Part shown: one piece after another, positions 9,683 to 57,400 of the stretch
How the letters are laid out: each line of letters starts with the position of its first letter
Numbering within the stretch: the stretch's first letter is position 1
NCBI GenBank assembly: GCA_002269645.1
Contig: NIVC01000723.1
Coordinates: 290,729-354,728 of the forward strand
Reading direction: 5' to 3'
Length of the DNA: 64,000 nt
Source: Macrostomum lignano
Taxonomy: Eukaryota
The notes under the pieces: generated by a model
The model's input: only the letters and a program-made list of their open reading frames with translations
Told to the model about the DNA's origin: nothing
Databases searched by the model: none
Program-made: the position numbers and the translations under genes

Positions 9683-12122
9683 ATGTCTCAATTAACAGCT
9701 TCATCATCAGCTGCCGGCTTCGACATTGAAGTCGCAGCCGATGCAGGCGCAGAAATTCCAGTTCGCCTACTGGATGACCTGTGCAGCCGGTTCATTGTTA
9801 ACCTGCCCAGTCACTACTTCACTAATGCTGTGAAACTGTTCTACGAGATTGAGCACGCCTATTGGTTCTATTTGGACAATCTGGTTGCTGAGCACAGTCT
9901 GAAGCCGATGAATATGTATCGATTCTCTGCTCTGGTGTTCCAGCACTGCAGCAAATTGGCCAGCTACACTTACACCTGGCAGGCTCATTATGACGAATGG
10001 CGCAAGACCAAAGCTGAGACGCCAACCTGCGGCGCCGCCTTAATGAACTCAGATTTGGATCAGGTGCGATTTTTTTGTTTAGAAATATCATGGACTGTAT
10101 TTTAGTAAATATCGCCTTTGAATTATATCCCGTTAGAAATGCCTTGAAAAAATCACTCCTGATGTCTGCCTCATTAGAAATCGCCCCTGAACTCTCCACC
10201 TCATTAGAAATCGCCCCTTAACTCCCTGTCTCATTAGAAATCGCCCTTGAATTTTTTGCCTCATTAGAAATCGCCCCTGAACTCTCCACCTCATTAGAAA
10301 TCGCCCCTGAACTCTCCACCTCATTAAAAATCGCCCCTGAACTCTTTGCCTCTTTAGAAATCGCCCTTGAACTCTTTGTCTCATTAGAAATCGCCTCTGA
10401 ACTCTCCACCTCATTAGAAATCGCCCTTGAACTCTTTGTCTCATTAGAAATCGCCTCTGAACTCTCCACCTCATTAGAAATCGCCCTTGAACTCTTTGCC
10501 TCATTAGAAATCGCCTCTGAACTCTCCACCTCATTAGAAATCGCCCTTGAATTCTTTGCCTCATTAGAAATCGCCCTTGAATTCTTTGCCTCATTAGAAA
10601 TCGCCCCCTGAACTCTTTGCCTCTTTAGAAATCGCCCTTGAACTCTTTGCCTCATTATAAATCGCCTCTGAACTCTCCACCTCATTATAAATCGCCCTTG
10701 AACTCTTTGCCTCATTAGAAATCGCCTCTGAACTCTCCACCTCATTATAAATCGCCCTTGAACTCTTTGCCTCATTAGAAATCGCCTCTGAACTCTCCAC
10801 CTCATTAGAAATCGCCCTTGAATTCTTTGCCTCATTAGAAATCGCCTTTGAACTCTTTGTCTCATTAGAAATCGCCCTGAACTCTCCACATCTAGAAATC
10901 GCCCCTGAACTCCCTGTCTCATTAGAAATCGCACCAACTGCAATCTGAGCCGCACCCCTCTCACCCCCAGGTGGTGCTTGTCAAAGGCTTCACGCCCGGC
11001 TGGATGTTCCCGCGCGGCAAAATCAACGATCGCGAGGCTAAAGCAAAATTCTATCCGCAGGCCGCTGCCAGAGAAGTTCTGGAGGAGACCGGGTTTGACA
11101 TTGGGCCGATACTGGACCCCGAGCTCTACATTGAACGGGTGGTGGGCTCGGCTCTGTCTAGGCTCTACTTAGTACCCGACGTGCCAATGGATTTCAAATT
11201 CAAACCGGAAACTCGAAACGAAATCGAAGCGATTCTGTGGTTCCGGCTGTCCGACCTGCCAACCAGCCGATCGGACGAGGACTGCGCCAGGCGGATCGCT
11301 TTAAAGTCGAAAGATTTCTTTCTAGTGATACCGTTTGTGTCTCAGCTGCGCCGTTGGGCCGCGCTGGTCCGCCAGGGCGGCTTAAGCCGGGTTGCGGCTC
11401 TGAGGAAGTCTGAGAATTCGTCTGTGCAGCAGCAGCAGCATCCGCCTCCGCTGATGCTTCAAGCTTCTGCAGCTGCCCAGCAACATCAGAAGCGATCTCA
11501 ACAGCAGCGCAAGAATTCTAGATCTTCAGCTGCCGCTGCTGGCTCTGGCGATGCCGCGGCCGCTCCGTTGCCTGTCAATAATACTACTACTACAACTACT
11601 ACTAACAGTAGTAATAATAATAATAATAAAGAAAATGGCGGGGGAGGCAGGCGCGGTGGAAAACAGAAACGTGGTGGTGGCGGTGGCGGCGGAGGTCGCG
11701 GCCGAACGCCTTCAACTTCCGCCGCTGCTGTTGCTGCAGATTCAGCCGCATCATCCAACGCTGCGGCAGCCACAGCCGCATCATCCAACGCTGCGGCAGC
11801 CACAGCCGCATCTCTGGGCCTGTCCCATCCAGTTGTCAAGTCTCCGTCGGGCATTCTAACCGTCCCTGATGCCGATTCTATGAGTTTTCAAGAGTTGAAC
11901 ACGCTGGCTTTAGAGGCCGCTAGACTGGGACTGCCATTGCAAATCTATCAGGATTATGAGCCCAGTCCCAATCGAAGCAATGGTCGAAGTAATGGGCAGC
12001 AGCCGCAACAACAGCAGCAGCAGCAACAGCCACAGCAGCAAGCTGTGTCGCGTTTCAGTTCGTCTGCCTGGTCGAATTTCCGACTGGATATGGGCGCCCT
12101 GCATCGCACGCTGCCGACTTAG
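9683..12122 (+). CDS. DCP2: mRNA-decapping enzyme Dcp2 (exons 9683-10063 and 10971-12122)
   Basis: Box A LDDLCSRFIVNLP...EIEHAYWFYLD; DEWRK..PTCGA; Nudix box FPRGKINDRE...AAREVLEETGF; phase-0 intron CAG|GTGCGA...CCCCAG|GTG; low-complexity C-terminus. Confidence 0.93.
10130..10935. repeat. 30-bp minisatellite filling the DCP2 intron
   Basis: Unit TCATTAGAAATCGCCCCTGAACTCTCCACC and a ...TTTGCC variant. Confidence 0.95.
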
Positions 12123-12292
12123 GGCTAAATTGTTCTGGATGGATGGATGATCGATGGAAATGCTATGACAAATACTGATTGATTGAATGACAGCTGGAAG
12201 ATTGGGATAATTGGTCCTTATAGAATCGCGGAATAGAGGAATGGAGATTAAGGATCCCCCGAGAGCATGACCGTGTTATTTAGAATCAAGAT

Positions 12293-13700
12293 CCCCCCCT
12301 ATAAGAAATCGAATAGGGAACCATGGGATAGAGATCCCTATAGGAACTCGCATAGGGAACCAGGGGATAGAGATCCCTATAAGAAATCGAATAGGGAACC
12401 ATGGGATAGAGATCCCTATAGGAACTCGCATAGGGAACCAGGGGATAGAGATCCCTATAAGAAATCGAATAGGGAACCATGGGATAGAGATCCCTATAGG
12501 AACTCGCATAGGGAACCAGGGGATAGAGATCCCTATAAGAAATCGAATAGGGAACCATGGGATAGAGATCCCTATAGGAACTCGCATAGGGAACCAGGGG
12601 ATAGAGATCCCTATAAGAAATCGAATAGGGAACCATGGGATAGAGATCCCTATAAGAAATCGAATAGAGAACCATGGGATAGAGATCCCTATAGGAACTC
12701 GCATAGGGAACCAGGGGATAGAGATCCCTATAGAAACTCGAATAGGGAACCAGGGGATAGAGATCCCTATAGAAACTCGAATAGGGAACCATGGGATAGA
12801 GATCTCTATTATTGAGAACTCGAATGGGAAACAAGGGGATAAAGATCCCTATTATTGAGAACTCGAATTAGAAACCAGGGGATAAAGATCCCTATTATTG
12901 AGAACTCGAATGGGAAACAAGGGGATAAAGATCCCTATTATTGAGAACTCGAATTAGAAACCAGGGGATAAAGATCCCTATTATTGAGAACTCGAATGGG
13001 AAACAAGGGGATAAAGATCCCTATTATTGAGAACTCGAATTAGAAACCAGGGGATAAAGATCCCTTTAGGAAATCGAATGGGATAAAGATCCCTATTATT
13101 GAGAACTCGAATTAGAAACCAGGGGATAAAGATCCCTTTAGGAAATCGAATGGGATAAAGATCCCTATTATTGAGAACTCGAATTAGAAACCAGGGGATA
13201 AAGATCCCTTTAGGAAATCGAATGGGATAAAGATCCCTATAGAAACTCGAATGGGAAACAAGGGGATAAAGATCCTTATAGAAACTCGAATATGGAACCA
13301 TGGGATAAAGATCCCTATAGAAACTCGACTGGGAAACCAGGGGATAAGGATCCCTATTATTGAGACCTCGAATGGGGTTTAGGGGATTAATATCCCTATA
13401 ACTGAGAACTCGAATGGGATTTAGGGGATAAAGATCCCTATGATTGAGAAATCGAATGGGGTTTAGGGAATAAAGACCCCTATGATTGAGAACTCGAATG
13501 CGGTTTAGGGAATAAAGACCTTTATGATTGAGAACTCGAATAGGGTTAAGGGAATAAAGACCCCTATGATTGAGAACTCGAATGGGGTTTAGGGAATAAA
13601 GACCCCTATGATTGAGAACTCGAATGGGGTTTAGGGAATAAAGATCCCTATGATTGAAAACTCGAATGGGGTTAAGGGAATAAAGACCCCTATGATATAA
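12293..13700. repeat. 39-bp minisatellite (alternating variants) grading into ~39-42-bp variants
   Basis: Unit CCCTATAAGAAATCGAATAGGGAACCATGGGATAGAGAT. Confidence 0.95.
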
Positions 13701-14151
13701 AGCAAGAACAATTGCTGATAATTATTTGTGTTGCTACATAGTCCTGTACAATTGAACAACGATCATCGAGTACAAATTCCGTGTAAAGCTCTAATGATTT
13801 ATGGTCGATAAAACCAGGTGAATATCTATCTTAAGTGAACCTTCGTTTTAATTATTTTTGTTTTAATTAAGTTCTCTGTTGCTAAAACAAAACATTTAAT
13901 TAATTTCGTCTTTGATTCAATAGGACTGAACTATTTTTGTGTGTTGTTTTACTGCTTTTTTTAAAGTTACTCTCGCTAGGTTGGTTGAAGGAACCAGCTA
14001 TGCATTCTCATTATTATATATGCACGTATGCTCGTATATTCTGAACTGCCCTGTTGTCATGTCATCCTGATACTGATTTTTGTTTCCTAATAACTGTTGT
14101 TTTTGTACTCTGTTGACGCGAAATTCATTGTTACGCCATCTATCATTTGTC

Positions 14152-14890
14152 ACTTTAACCCTGTACCCAGTTGTCACTCCACACTGTCACTCTCGCTCTG
14201 TATCCCATTGTCACTGCAGTCTGTCACTCTCGCTCTGTACCCAGTTGTCACTCCAGACTGTCACTCTCTCCCTGTATCCCATTGTCACTCCAGCCTGTCA
14301 CTCTCTCCCTGTATCCATTGTCACTCCAGACTGTCACTCTCGCTCTGTACCCAGTTGTCACTCCACACTGTCACTCTCTCCCTGTATCCCATTGTCACTG
14401 CAGTCTGTCACTCTCGCTCTGTACCCAGTTGCCACTCCAGACTGTCACTCTCTCCCTGTATCCCATTGTCACTCCAGCCTGTCACTCTCTCCCTGTATCC
14501 ATTGTCACTCCAGACTGTCACTCTCGCTCTGTACCCAGTTGTCACTAAACACTGTCACTCTCCCTGTATCCCATTGTCAATCCAGCCTGTCACTCTCGCT
14601 CTGCACCCAGTTGTCACTCCAGACTGTCACTCTCTCCCTGTATCCCATTGTCACTCCAGACTGTCACTCTCGCTCTGTACCCAGTTGTCACTCAACACTG
14701 TCACTCTCTCCCTGTATTCCATTGTCACTCCAGCCTGTCACTCTCGCTCTGCACCCAGTTGTCACTCCACACTGTCACTCTCTCCCTGTATTCCATTGTC
14801 ACTCCAGCCTGTCACTCTCGCTCTGTACCCAGTTGTCACTCCACACTGTCACTCTCTCCCTGCATCCATTGTCACTGCAGTCTGTCACTC
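14152..14890. repeat. ~37-bp minisatellite with A/B variants
   Basis: CTGTCACTCTCGCTCTGTACCCAGTTGTCACTCCAGA alternating with CTGTCACTCTCTCCCTGTATCCCATTGTCACTCCAGC. Confidence 0.95.
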
Positions 14891-15514
14891 TTGCCCTGAA
14901 TCTGATAACTATCTGTCACTTTCTCTTCCTGCTTCTCAGTTTTGCTCAATTTCTATCGCTTCTAGTCTAAGCTGTTAACAATGCTATTTTATCATGCGCA
15001 TGCGCTTACAGCCTACTGCTAGTAGCATCTCCGCACACGCTCAGAAACCTAATTAAATTCTCGCTTTCATTATTTTGTGCAGCTAAACTTTATTGTTGCT
15101 TCAAAAGGTTTGCTACAGTCTACAGTTGAAGTTCAATCAATTCGCTTACAAATGAAGTTCGAGTTCATGTAAGCGCAATTCTAATTTGTAAGTTTAATAT
15201 TCCAGTGATTCCAAGTTTCAGTGACCTAACAGATTCTCTTAAAAACGAAGGTGAAACTTGATGTCTCCTGTAAACTTTCCATTATAATCAAAAAGGTATA
15301 TTTTTATATGCTCATTCTTTGTTGTTTTTGTACTTTTTATGTCTGCGTCAGTTCAAAATATAATGCAAAATTGGGCCAAATCAAAGTTTGAATTTTTTTT
15401 CATAGTTGCCGCAAAAATAACCTTTTATGTTGTGCCATTTAAAAGCATAACTTGGACCTGACATTTCAATGAGAATTTCTCTGAACAGTCTTTAAAGATT
15501 CCCTAGGAATAACC

Positions 15515-16745
15515 CTGTAGATGCCATGAGAATAGTCCTGATGATGCCATGAGAATAGCCCTGTAGATGCCATGAGAATAGTCCTGAAGATGCCATGAGA
15601 ATAGCCCTGTAGATGCCATGAGAATAGTCCTGAAGATGCCATGAGAATAGCCCTGTAGATGCCATGAGAATAGTCCTGAAGATGCCATGAGAATAGCCCT
15701 GTAGATGCCATGAGAATAGTCCTGAAGATGCCATGAGAATAGCCCTGTAGATGCCATGAGAATAGTCCTGAAGATGCCATGAGAATAGCCCTGTAGATGC
15801 CATGAGAATAGCCCTGAAGATGCAATGAGAATAGCCCTGAAGATGCAATGAGAATAGCCCTGGAGATGCTATGAGAATAGCCCTGTAGATGCCATGAGAA
15901 AAGCCCTGTAGATGCCATGAGAATAGTCCTGAAGATGCCATGAGAATAGCCCTGTAGATGCCATGAGAATAGCCCTGAAGATGCGATGAGAATAGCCCTG
16001 GAGATGCTATGAGAATAGCCCTGTAGATGCCATGAGAAAAGCCCTGAAGATGCCATGAGAATAGCCCTAGAGATGCCATGAGAAAAGCCCTATAGATGCC
16101 ATGAGAATAGCCCTGAAATTGTAATGGGAATATCCCTGTAGATGCCATGATAATAGCCCTGAAGATGCCATGATATTAGTCCTGAATATGTCATGAGAAT
16201 AGCCCTGAAGATGTCGTGAGAGTAGCCCTGGAGATTCCATGATATTAGTCCTGAATATGTCATGAGAATAGCCCTTAAGATGTCGTGAGAGTAGCCCTGG
16301 AGATGTCATGAGAATAGCCCTGAAGATGCCGTGAGAATAACCTTGAAGTTGTCATAAGAATAGCCCTGAAGATGTCATGAGAATAGCCCTGAAGATGTCA
16401 TGAGAATAGCCCTGAAGATGTCATGAGAATAGCCCTGAAGATGCCATGAGAATAGCCCTGAAGATGTCATGAGAATAGCCCTGAAGTTGTCATGAGAATA
16501 GCCCTGAAGTTGTCATGAGAATAGCCCTGAAGTTGTCATGAGAATAGCCCTGAAGTTGTCATGAGAATAGCCTGAAGTTGTCATGAGAATAGCCCTGTAG
16601 ATGCCATGAGAATAGCCCTGTAGATACCATGAAAATTGTCCTGAATATGTCATGAGAATAATCCTGAATATATCATGAGAGTAATCCTGAATATGTCATG
16701 AGAATAATCCTGAATATGTCATGAGAATAGCCCTGTAGATGTCAG
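15515..16745. repeat. 21-bp minisatellite
   Basis: Unit GCCATGAGAATAGCCCTGTAGAT-like. Confidence 0.95.
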
Positions 16746-17099
16746 AGAAGAGTCGGGAAGATTCTATGAGAACAGGTCCAAAGATTCCCTAAAAAATGCC
16801 CTGAGCAATCCAAGAGTATTTACCTGAAGTTCCTATGAAAATGTCCTAATGATAGCCCTGTAGATTTCCTGTCTCCTCTATGCACAAGTTTTGCATAGCC
16901 ATAGGAAGGTTCAATTATTGAACTTTGCCTAAAAATCCATTTAATACATGCTCGTATTCTTATAAATATTTAAATATTGCACTGTTTCCGTTCATGTCAA
17001 TTATCAAGCTCAGTTTAGCTTATTTTCGTTGCGGATATCGTGTGCGCACACTATTTGGCATTCAGCTCAGCAGGAACACGAAAACACTCCTGACAGACC

Positions 17100-49935
<32,836 letters not shown>

Positions 49936-50239
49936 CTGTTTGTTTGAATGCTGCTGTTTCTTGGTAACCCTTTGAAAATCTTGTGCAAGTATCTTTGTCC
50001 TGTTCTGCTTGCGGTCATCATGTATGTCACTGACTGGAATTTCATGTTTTAAAAGGCCTCTGTAATTGTGTTCAGTTTTTTCTCTGTGCGTATTTTGTAA
50101 ATATATAAACAGGGCATAGACAGACTCATTCAGTCACTGCCACGCATCAGCTTCTCTGTTCGGGAGCGCGCTGGGCTGGGCGAATAAATTATAGCTGGTA
50201 TTTACTGTTATTTATTCTGCTTGTTTACCTGTATCAGCT

Positions 50240-50925
<686 letters not shown>

Positions 50926-51452
50926 ACATGCACTGTCCGCCCCCTTATTAGCCGGTCAGCAGCCACCCGCACCAGTCAGTGAATTCCATCTGCACCACTT
51001 TCTGCTTTCACCGGACCCCCCGGCCCCGCCTTCCTCAGCCGGGTTTCGCGCCACCCAGCCTTGGTAAGCAGGGAGCAGCCAGCCGCTCGTCCAGCAATCG
51101 GGTCGGCTGGGCCCTCCATTCGGACTGAGGGCCGCCGCTTGCCGCTTCTTTTTCGAACGCGAGAGTTGGCGGCAGGTGGTCCTGCAGGATGAGAATTGTG
51201 CGCCGGCCGGGGTTCGGCATTCGAGTTGGGTTATTTTATTTTCTCTTTTGAGTCGCTGCGGCGGATAGGAGAAAGTGGCTGCTGCCCCGGCTGGGGAAGT
51301 GTTTTATGACGAGGCGATATTCGACTCGCGCGATTTTCATAGCGGCATTGATCTGGGTTGGAAATGATTTCGTATTGTGCACTGGAAAATGACTCTATTA
51401 ATGGCTGCGCGGCTGCTTTCTCCTGGTGTAGTTCAGACTGTCACTAGTGGCT

Positions 51453-51820
<368 letters not shown>

Positions 51821-52934
51821 CAGCTTGTTTCGAACGATTTCAAATTTGAGCCGCTAAAACGCCGGGACTCGAGCCGGCCTCGTGTGAGGACGGCGTCCGC
51901 GGACCCTGCTCAGAAATGGAACCCCCCTAAGCCTTCTTAGACCGCCTGACTGTGCAGCTGAGGCTCCGCCTTCCCGTCTCCCTCCCAGAGGAGGAGACCG
52001 CCCGAATCGCAACCGGAGTCGCCGCCGCCTCAGTTTCGCCTCCCTCCTCTTAGCCGATCTTAGCGTCCCCACCCGAGTGAGAACTGGGAACCCTACACCG
52101 CCAGGTTTATCCCCATCGGCTCCTCTCGACCGTGCGCCCCGATTCGAAACTGCACGGGGCTCAGAATCCCCCGAGTCGCCTGCTTCTGTCCTGGGAATCT
52201 TTTCGACCTGAAAATCTGTTGCTTGCTTGAGAAAATTAGGAATGCCTTCTCAGAATCATAACCGGTAACCTCTCCCTGAGCGTTCCAAGTAATCCGGCCT
52301 GCTCATTGTCTCTGGGGTGCGGCAGTTGGATGCTACTGAGACTGTGACATTGGGACACTGGGTGGCTGATGAGCACTGCTTATTTGCCCGCTCGAGTCTT
52401 CAGAGGCGCGGGGGGGGGGGTTGTTTCGGTGAATTACTCCGCGTCTGAGAACTCTCGGAGCCGTGGGGGGTGGAGGGTCCGCGCCTTAATTAAGGGATCC
52501 CCGATTCCGCATAGCAGACATTATCCCCAGGGAAAGTTGTGGGGGGGTTGAGGAGGCCGGCTGCAGGTGCTAAAGTATTCATGCGGACAGCGTAATAACA
52601 GGTGGCCACCCCCCCCCCTGACCCCCACAATGCAGCCCTCTGCCCGACCCGCAGCCCCTTGAGGCCTGATACTCCTAATTAGTCTTCGAGCGCGAGTGAG
52701 CTTTACGCCCCTCTCGCTCTGCTCAGCCCAGCTCTCTCGCTCTGTTATTCTCCATCATCAGCACCAGCGTCCGCTCCTGTGAAATCAGAGAAATGGAGAA
52801 AATTGAAAAAACACTCCCTATAATATTAACAATCATGCTCATTTGACTGAGGCCAATTCACCGAGGATGAATGAATTAAACAAAATCAATCAACTGAGCA
52901 CTCCATCGCCGATTTTTATATTTCCCAATCTTAA

Positions 52935-53740
52935 TATTCCCAAGCTTCATATCCCCAATCTTCATATCCTCCAATGTTCATATCGCAATGTTCATAACTC
53001 CAATCTTCATATCCCCAATCTTCATATCCCCAATCTTCATATCCCCAATCTTCATATCCTCAATCTTCATATCCCCAATCTTCATATCCCCAATCTCTAT
53101 CTTCCCCAATCTTCATCTTCCCCAATCTTCATATCCCCAATCTTTATCTTCCCCAATCTTCATCTTCCCCAATCTCTATCTTCCCCAATCTTCATCTTCC
53201 CCAATCTTCATCTTCCCCAATCTCCATCTTCCCCAATCTTCATCTTCCCCAATCTTCATCTTCCCCAATCTTCATCTTCCCCAATCTTCATCTTCCCCAA
53301 TCTTCATATCCCCAATCTTCATCTTCCCCAATCTTCATATCCCCAATCTTCATCTTCCCAATCTCTATGTTCCCCAATCTTCATATCCCCAATCTTCATA
53401 TCCCCAATCTTCATCTTCCCCAATCTTCATATCCCCAATCTCTATCTTCCCCAATCTTCATCTTCCCCAATCTTCATCTTCCCCAATCTCCATCTTCCCC
53501 AATCTTCATATCCCCAATCTCCATATCCCCAATCTTCATATCCCCAATCTTCATATCCCCAATCTTCATATCCCCAATCTCCATATCCCCAATCTCCATA
53601 TCCCCAATCTTCATATCCCCAATCTCCATATCCCCAATCTCCATATCCCCAATCTCCATATCCCCAATCTTCATATCCCCAATCTTCATATCCTCAATGT
53701 GCATATCCCCAGTCTCCATCTTCCCCAATCTTCATAATCC
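52935..53740. repeat. 15-bp minisatellite
   Basis: CCCCAATCTTCATAT and ...CATCTT variants. Confidence 0.95.
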
Positions 53741-54559
53741 GCTCTGCTACCTATTCACCGTTCCCAGAATTGTCTTGTTCTATCTCTTATCTATCTTTCT
53801 ATCTCTCTCTTTTCTATTGTCTGTATATTATCCGTAAGAAATTTATATTTTCATAAAAAAATGTCTCGTCAAGAGTTCAAGAACCCAATCTTTAATCAAT
53901 TGACTGTCTCTCTTTGTCCAGACGGGCGGCCCTGCTGCAGCCGCAAAGAAACTCCAATCGATTTTTGCAGAGTTCGTGCAGACGGCAGCTTGACAAGTCA
54001 GCTGTCGCGGGCCATAATTCATGCGGTTCCGGCACCACCCCCCCCCCTGCGCCCAACAAATATTTGATGAAAATTCGGGCGCACAATCGCATTCTTAGCA
54101 GAACAAATAAATTTGTTAGGATTGATTGCGCCAGGCTCAATTAATGAGGCTGTTTGTGACCACCCAGTCAGTATTACATACTTGTGCTGATACTGGAACT
54201 TACCAAGTTCCTGCTAAACAGAGGCCAAGATTCCGGAATTGCGGAATTCGAGAGGTCAAAGTGGCGGCGGCAGCAGCAGCCCCCCCCCCCACCTACAGCT
54301 ATTACAGTCTGTGGAATTTGAAAAGTAGCAGCTTACAATGCTGGGATCCGACTACCCCTGCTCTCATGTCAACTTGACAATGTCACGAATGAAGCTTGAC
54401 AAAGTGACCTGTTCTGGTGACAGGGCTCTGGAGCTGCCGTTCGACTCTGAGGTTTCACCCAGCTCTATCTAGGGAACTGGGGAGTAGAGTGATATAATCC
54501 AAAAATTATCGAAGAAAGCGAGCAATAAAATCCGAGTAGAGCTCATGATCATGAATGAT

Positions 54560-55465
54560 CGATGTCATTGTTCATGATCATGGTCATTGTTCATGATCAT
54601 GGTCATTGTTCATGATCATGGTCATTGTTCATGATCATGGTAATTGTTCATGATCATAGTAATTGTTCATGATCATAGTCATTGTTCATGATCATGGTCA
54701 TTATTAATGATCATAGTAATTGTTCATGATCATAGTCATTGTTCATCATCATGGTCATTGTTCATTATCATAGTCATTGTTCATGATCATGGTTATTGTT
54801 CATGATCATAATAGAACAAGACAAGTAGAGAGATACAACAAGTAGAGATAGAACAAGAGAAGTGAGAGATACAACAAGTAGAGATAGAACAAGAGAAGTG
54901 AGAGATAGAACAAGAGAAGTGAGAGATAGAACAAAAGAAGTGAGAGATAGATCAAGAGACGTGAGATAGAACAAGAGAAGTGAGAGATAGATCAAGAGAA
55001 GTGAGAGATAGAACAAGAGAAGTGAGAGATAGAACAAGAGAAGTGAGAGATAGATCAAGAGAAGTGAGAGATAGATCAAGAGAAGTGAGAGATAGATCAA
55101 GAGAAGTGAGAGATAGATCAAGAGACGTGAGATAGAACCAGAGAAGTGAGAGATAGATCAAGAGAAGTGAGAGATAGAACAAGAGAAGTGAGAGATAGAT
55201 CAAGAGAAGTGAGAGATAGATCAAGAGACGTGAGAGATAGATCAAGAGACGTGAGATAGATCAAGAGACGTGAGATAGAACCAGAGAAGTGAGAGATAGA
55301 ACAAGAGAAGTGAGAGATAGATCAAGAGAAGTGAGAGATAGATCAAGAGACGTGAGAGATAGATCAAGAGAAGTGAGAGATAGATCAAGAGACGTGAGAG
55401 ATAGATCAAGAGAAGTGAGAGATAGATCAAGAGACGTGAGAGATACAACGAGAGAAGTGACAAGA
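54560..55465. repeat. Adjacent 19-bp (54560-54810) and 21-bp (54810-55465) arrays
   Basis: TTCATGATCATGGTCATTG then GAGATAGATCAAGAGAAGTGA. Confidence 0.93.
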
Positions 55466-56164
55466 GATCTCTGCTCTCTACTCGCACCTGTCTCCTACAG
55501 ATGTGGCGTCAATCGCTGAAGCAGAGCAAGTGAGCGCCGCCCGCTATCAAGATTAAAGCAGGCTAAAGCGCCAGGATTCGCATTTGCCAATTAGCAAGAA
55601 GTTTTGCCGAACACAGCAAAAGCATTGACCTCTCTTCTAGCTCTCTCCGGTGTCATTCAACCAGCCGCGATCTAGCCACTGATATCGGGTCCCGATCCCA
55701 TGGGAATACTTGAAATTCCCTATGCAACTATGCGTGGCCCGCGCCCAAGATGGACAAGTCTTGAATGACAGCGCAACAGCGCGGACGAGGAAGCAGGTGC
55801 CAGAAAAATCGCGAGAAATTTTTCAACAACACGCGCAGGTCCGACCTCGGCATGCGGTTTACCTGTCAATCAGTTTTTGGGAGAAGTGAAACTCTGGCCC
55901 TGTGTCTAACCCCCTCCCCCCATCTGGTCTACTCAACATCAAGGTTGTCAAGCCACTCAATCCATTCAACCCCGTATCCTTCACCTTCGCTCTCGAGCTG
56001 TAAGCAGCTGTCAGTACGGCATCTGGGATAGAAGTCACCTGCAGTACCTGTTTTGCTCTGGGTTTGTGACTTGGAGGTTCCGTATTACCTGCCTGATTCA
56101 ATCATTGCAGTTCTGAGAGACTAACTCAACTATTGAAGTCTCTCTGTCAGAGTTCTTCATTACT

Positions 56165-57400
56165 GCTGTCTATTGTAGATCGGGCCATTTCCCTGTGTCA
56201 AATATTGCCATTTCCCTCTGTCAGGCTGTGCCATTTCCCTCTGTCAAATATTGCCATTTCCCTCTGTCAGGCTGTGCCATTTCCTCTGTCAAATACTGCC
56301 ATTTTCCTCTGTCAGGCTGTGCCATTTCCCTCTGTCAGGCTGTGCCATTTCCCTCTGTCAGGCTGTGCCATTTCCTCTGTCAGGCTGTGCCATTTCCTCT
56401 GTCAGGCTGTGCCATTTCCCTGTGTCAAATATTGCCATTTCCCTCTGTCAGGCTGTGCCATTTCCCTGTGTCAAATATTGCCATTTCCCTCTGTCAGGCT
56501 GTGCCATTTCCCTGTGTCAAATATTGCCATTTCCCTCTGTCAGGCTGTGCCATTTCCCTGTGTCAAATATTGCCATTTCCCTCTGTCAGGCTGTGCCATT
56601 TCCCTGTGTCAAATATTGCCATTTCCCTCTGTCAGGCTGTGCCATTTCCCTGTGTCAAATATTGCCATTTCCCTCTGTCAGGCTGTGCCATTTCCCTGTG
56701 TCAAATATTGCCATTTCCCTCTGTCAGGCTGTGCCATTTCCCTGTGTCAAATATTGCCATTTCCCTCTGTCAGGCTGTGCCATTTCCTCTGTCAAATACT
56801 GCCATTTTCCTCTGTCAGGCTGTGCCATTTCCCTCTGTCAGGCTGTGCCATTTCCCTCTGTCAGGCTGTGCCATTTCCTCTGTCAGGCTGTGCCATTTCC
56901 TCTGTCAGGCTGTGCCATTTCCCTCTGTCAGGCTGTGCCATTTCCTCTGTCAGGCTGTGCCATTTCCCTCTGTTAGGCTGTGCCATTTCCTCTGTTAGGC
57001 TGTGCCATTTCCTTCTGTCAGGCTGTGCCATTTCCCTCTGTCAGGCTGTGCCATTTCCTCTGTCAGGCTGTGCCATTTCCCTGTGTCAAATATTGCCATT
57101 TCCCTCTGTCAGGCTGTGCCATTTCCCTTTGTCAGGCTGTGCCATTTCCCTCTGTCAGGCTGTGCCATTTCCCTCTGTCAGGCTGTGCCATTTCCTGTCA
57201 GGCTGTTCCATTTCCCTCTGTCAGGCTGTGCCATTTCCTCTGTCAGGCTGTGCCATTTCCTCTGTCAGGCTGTGCCATTTCCTCTGTCAGGCTGTGCCAT
57301 TTCCCTCTGTCAGGCTGTGCCATTTCCTCTGTCAGGCTGTGCCATTTCCCTCTGTTAGGCTGTGCCATTTCCTCTGTTTGGCTGTGCCATTTACCCTGTC
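56165..57400. repeat. 22-23-bp minisatellite with A/B variants
   Basis: CTGTCAGGCTGTGCCATTTCCCT and GTGTCAAATATTGCCATTTCCCT. Confidence 0.95.

Noticed and set aside
11020-11060. Micro-intron explaining the DCP2 Nudix insertion (TTCTATCCGCAG looks like an acceptor)
   Set aside because: No GT donor at a usable distance, and removal would leave the motif too short.
12293-16745. Regularly spaced repeats as possible CRISPR arrays
   Set aside because: Head-to-tail units with no unique spacers, no cas genes, eukaryotic context.
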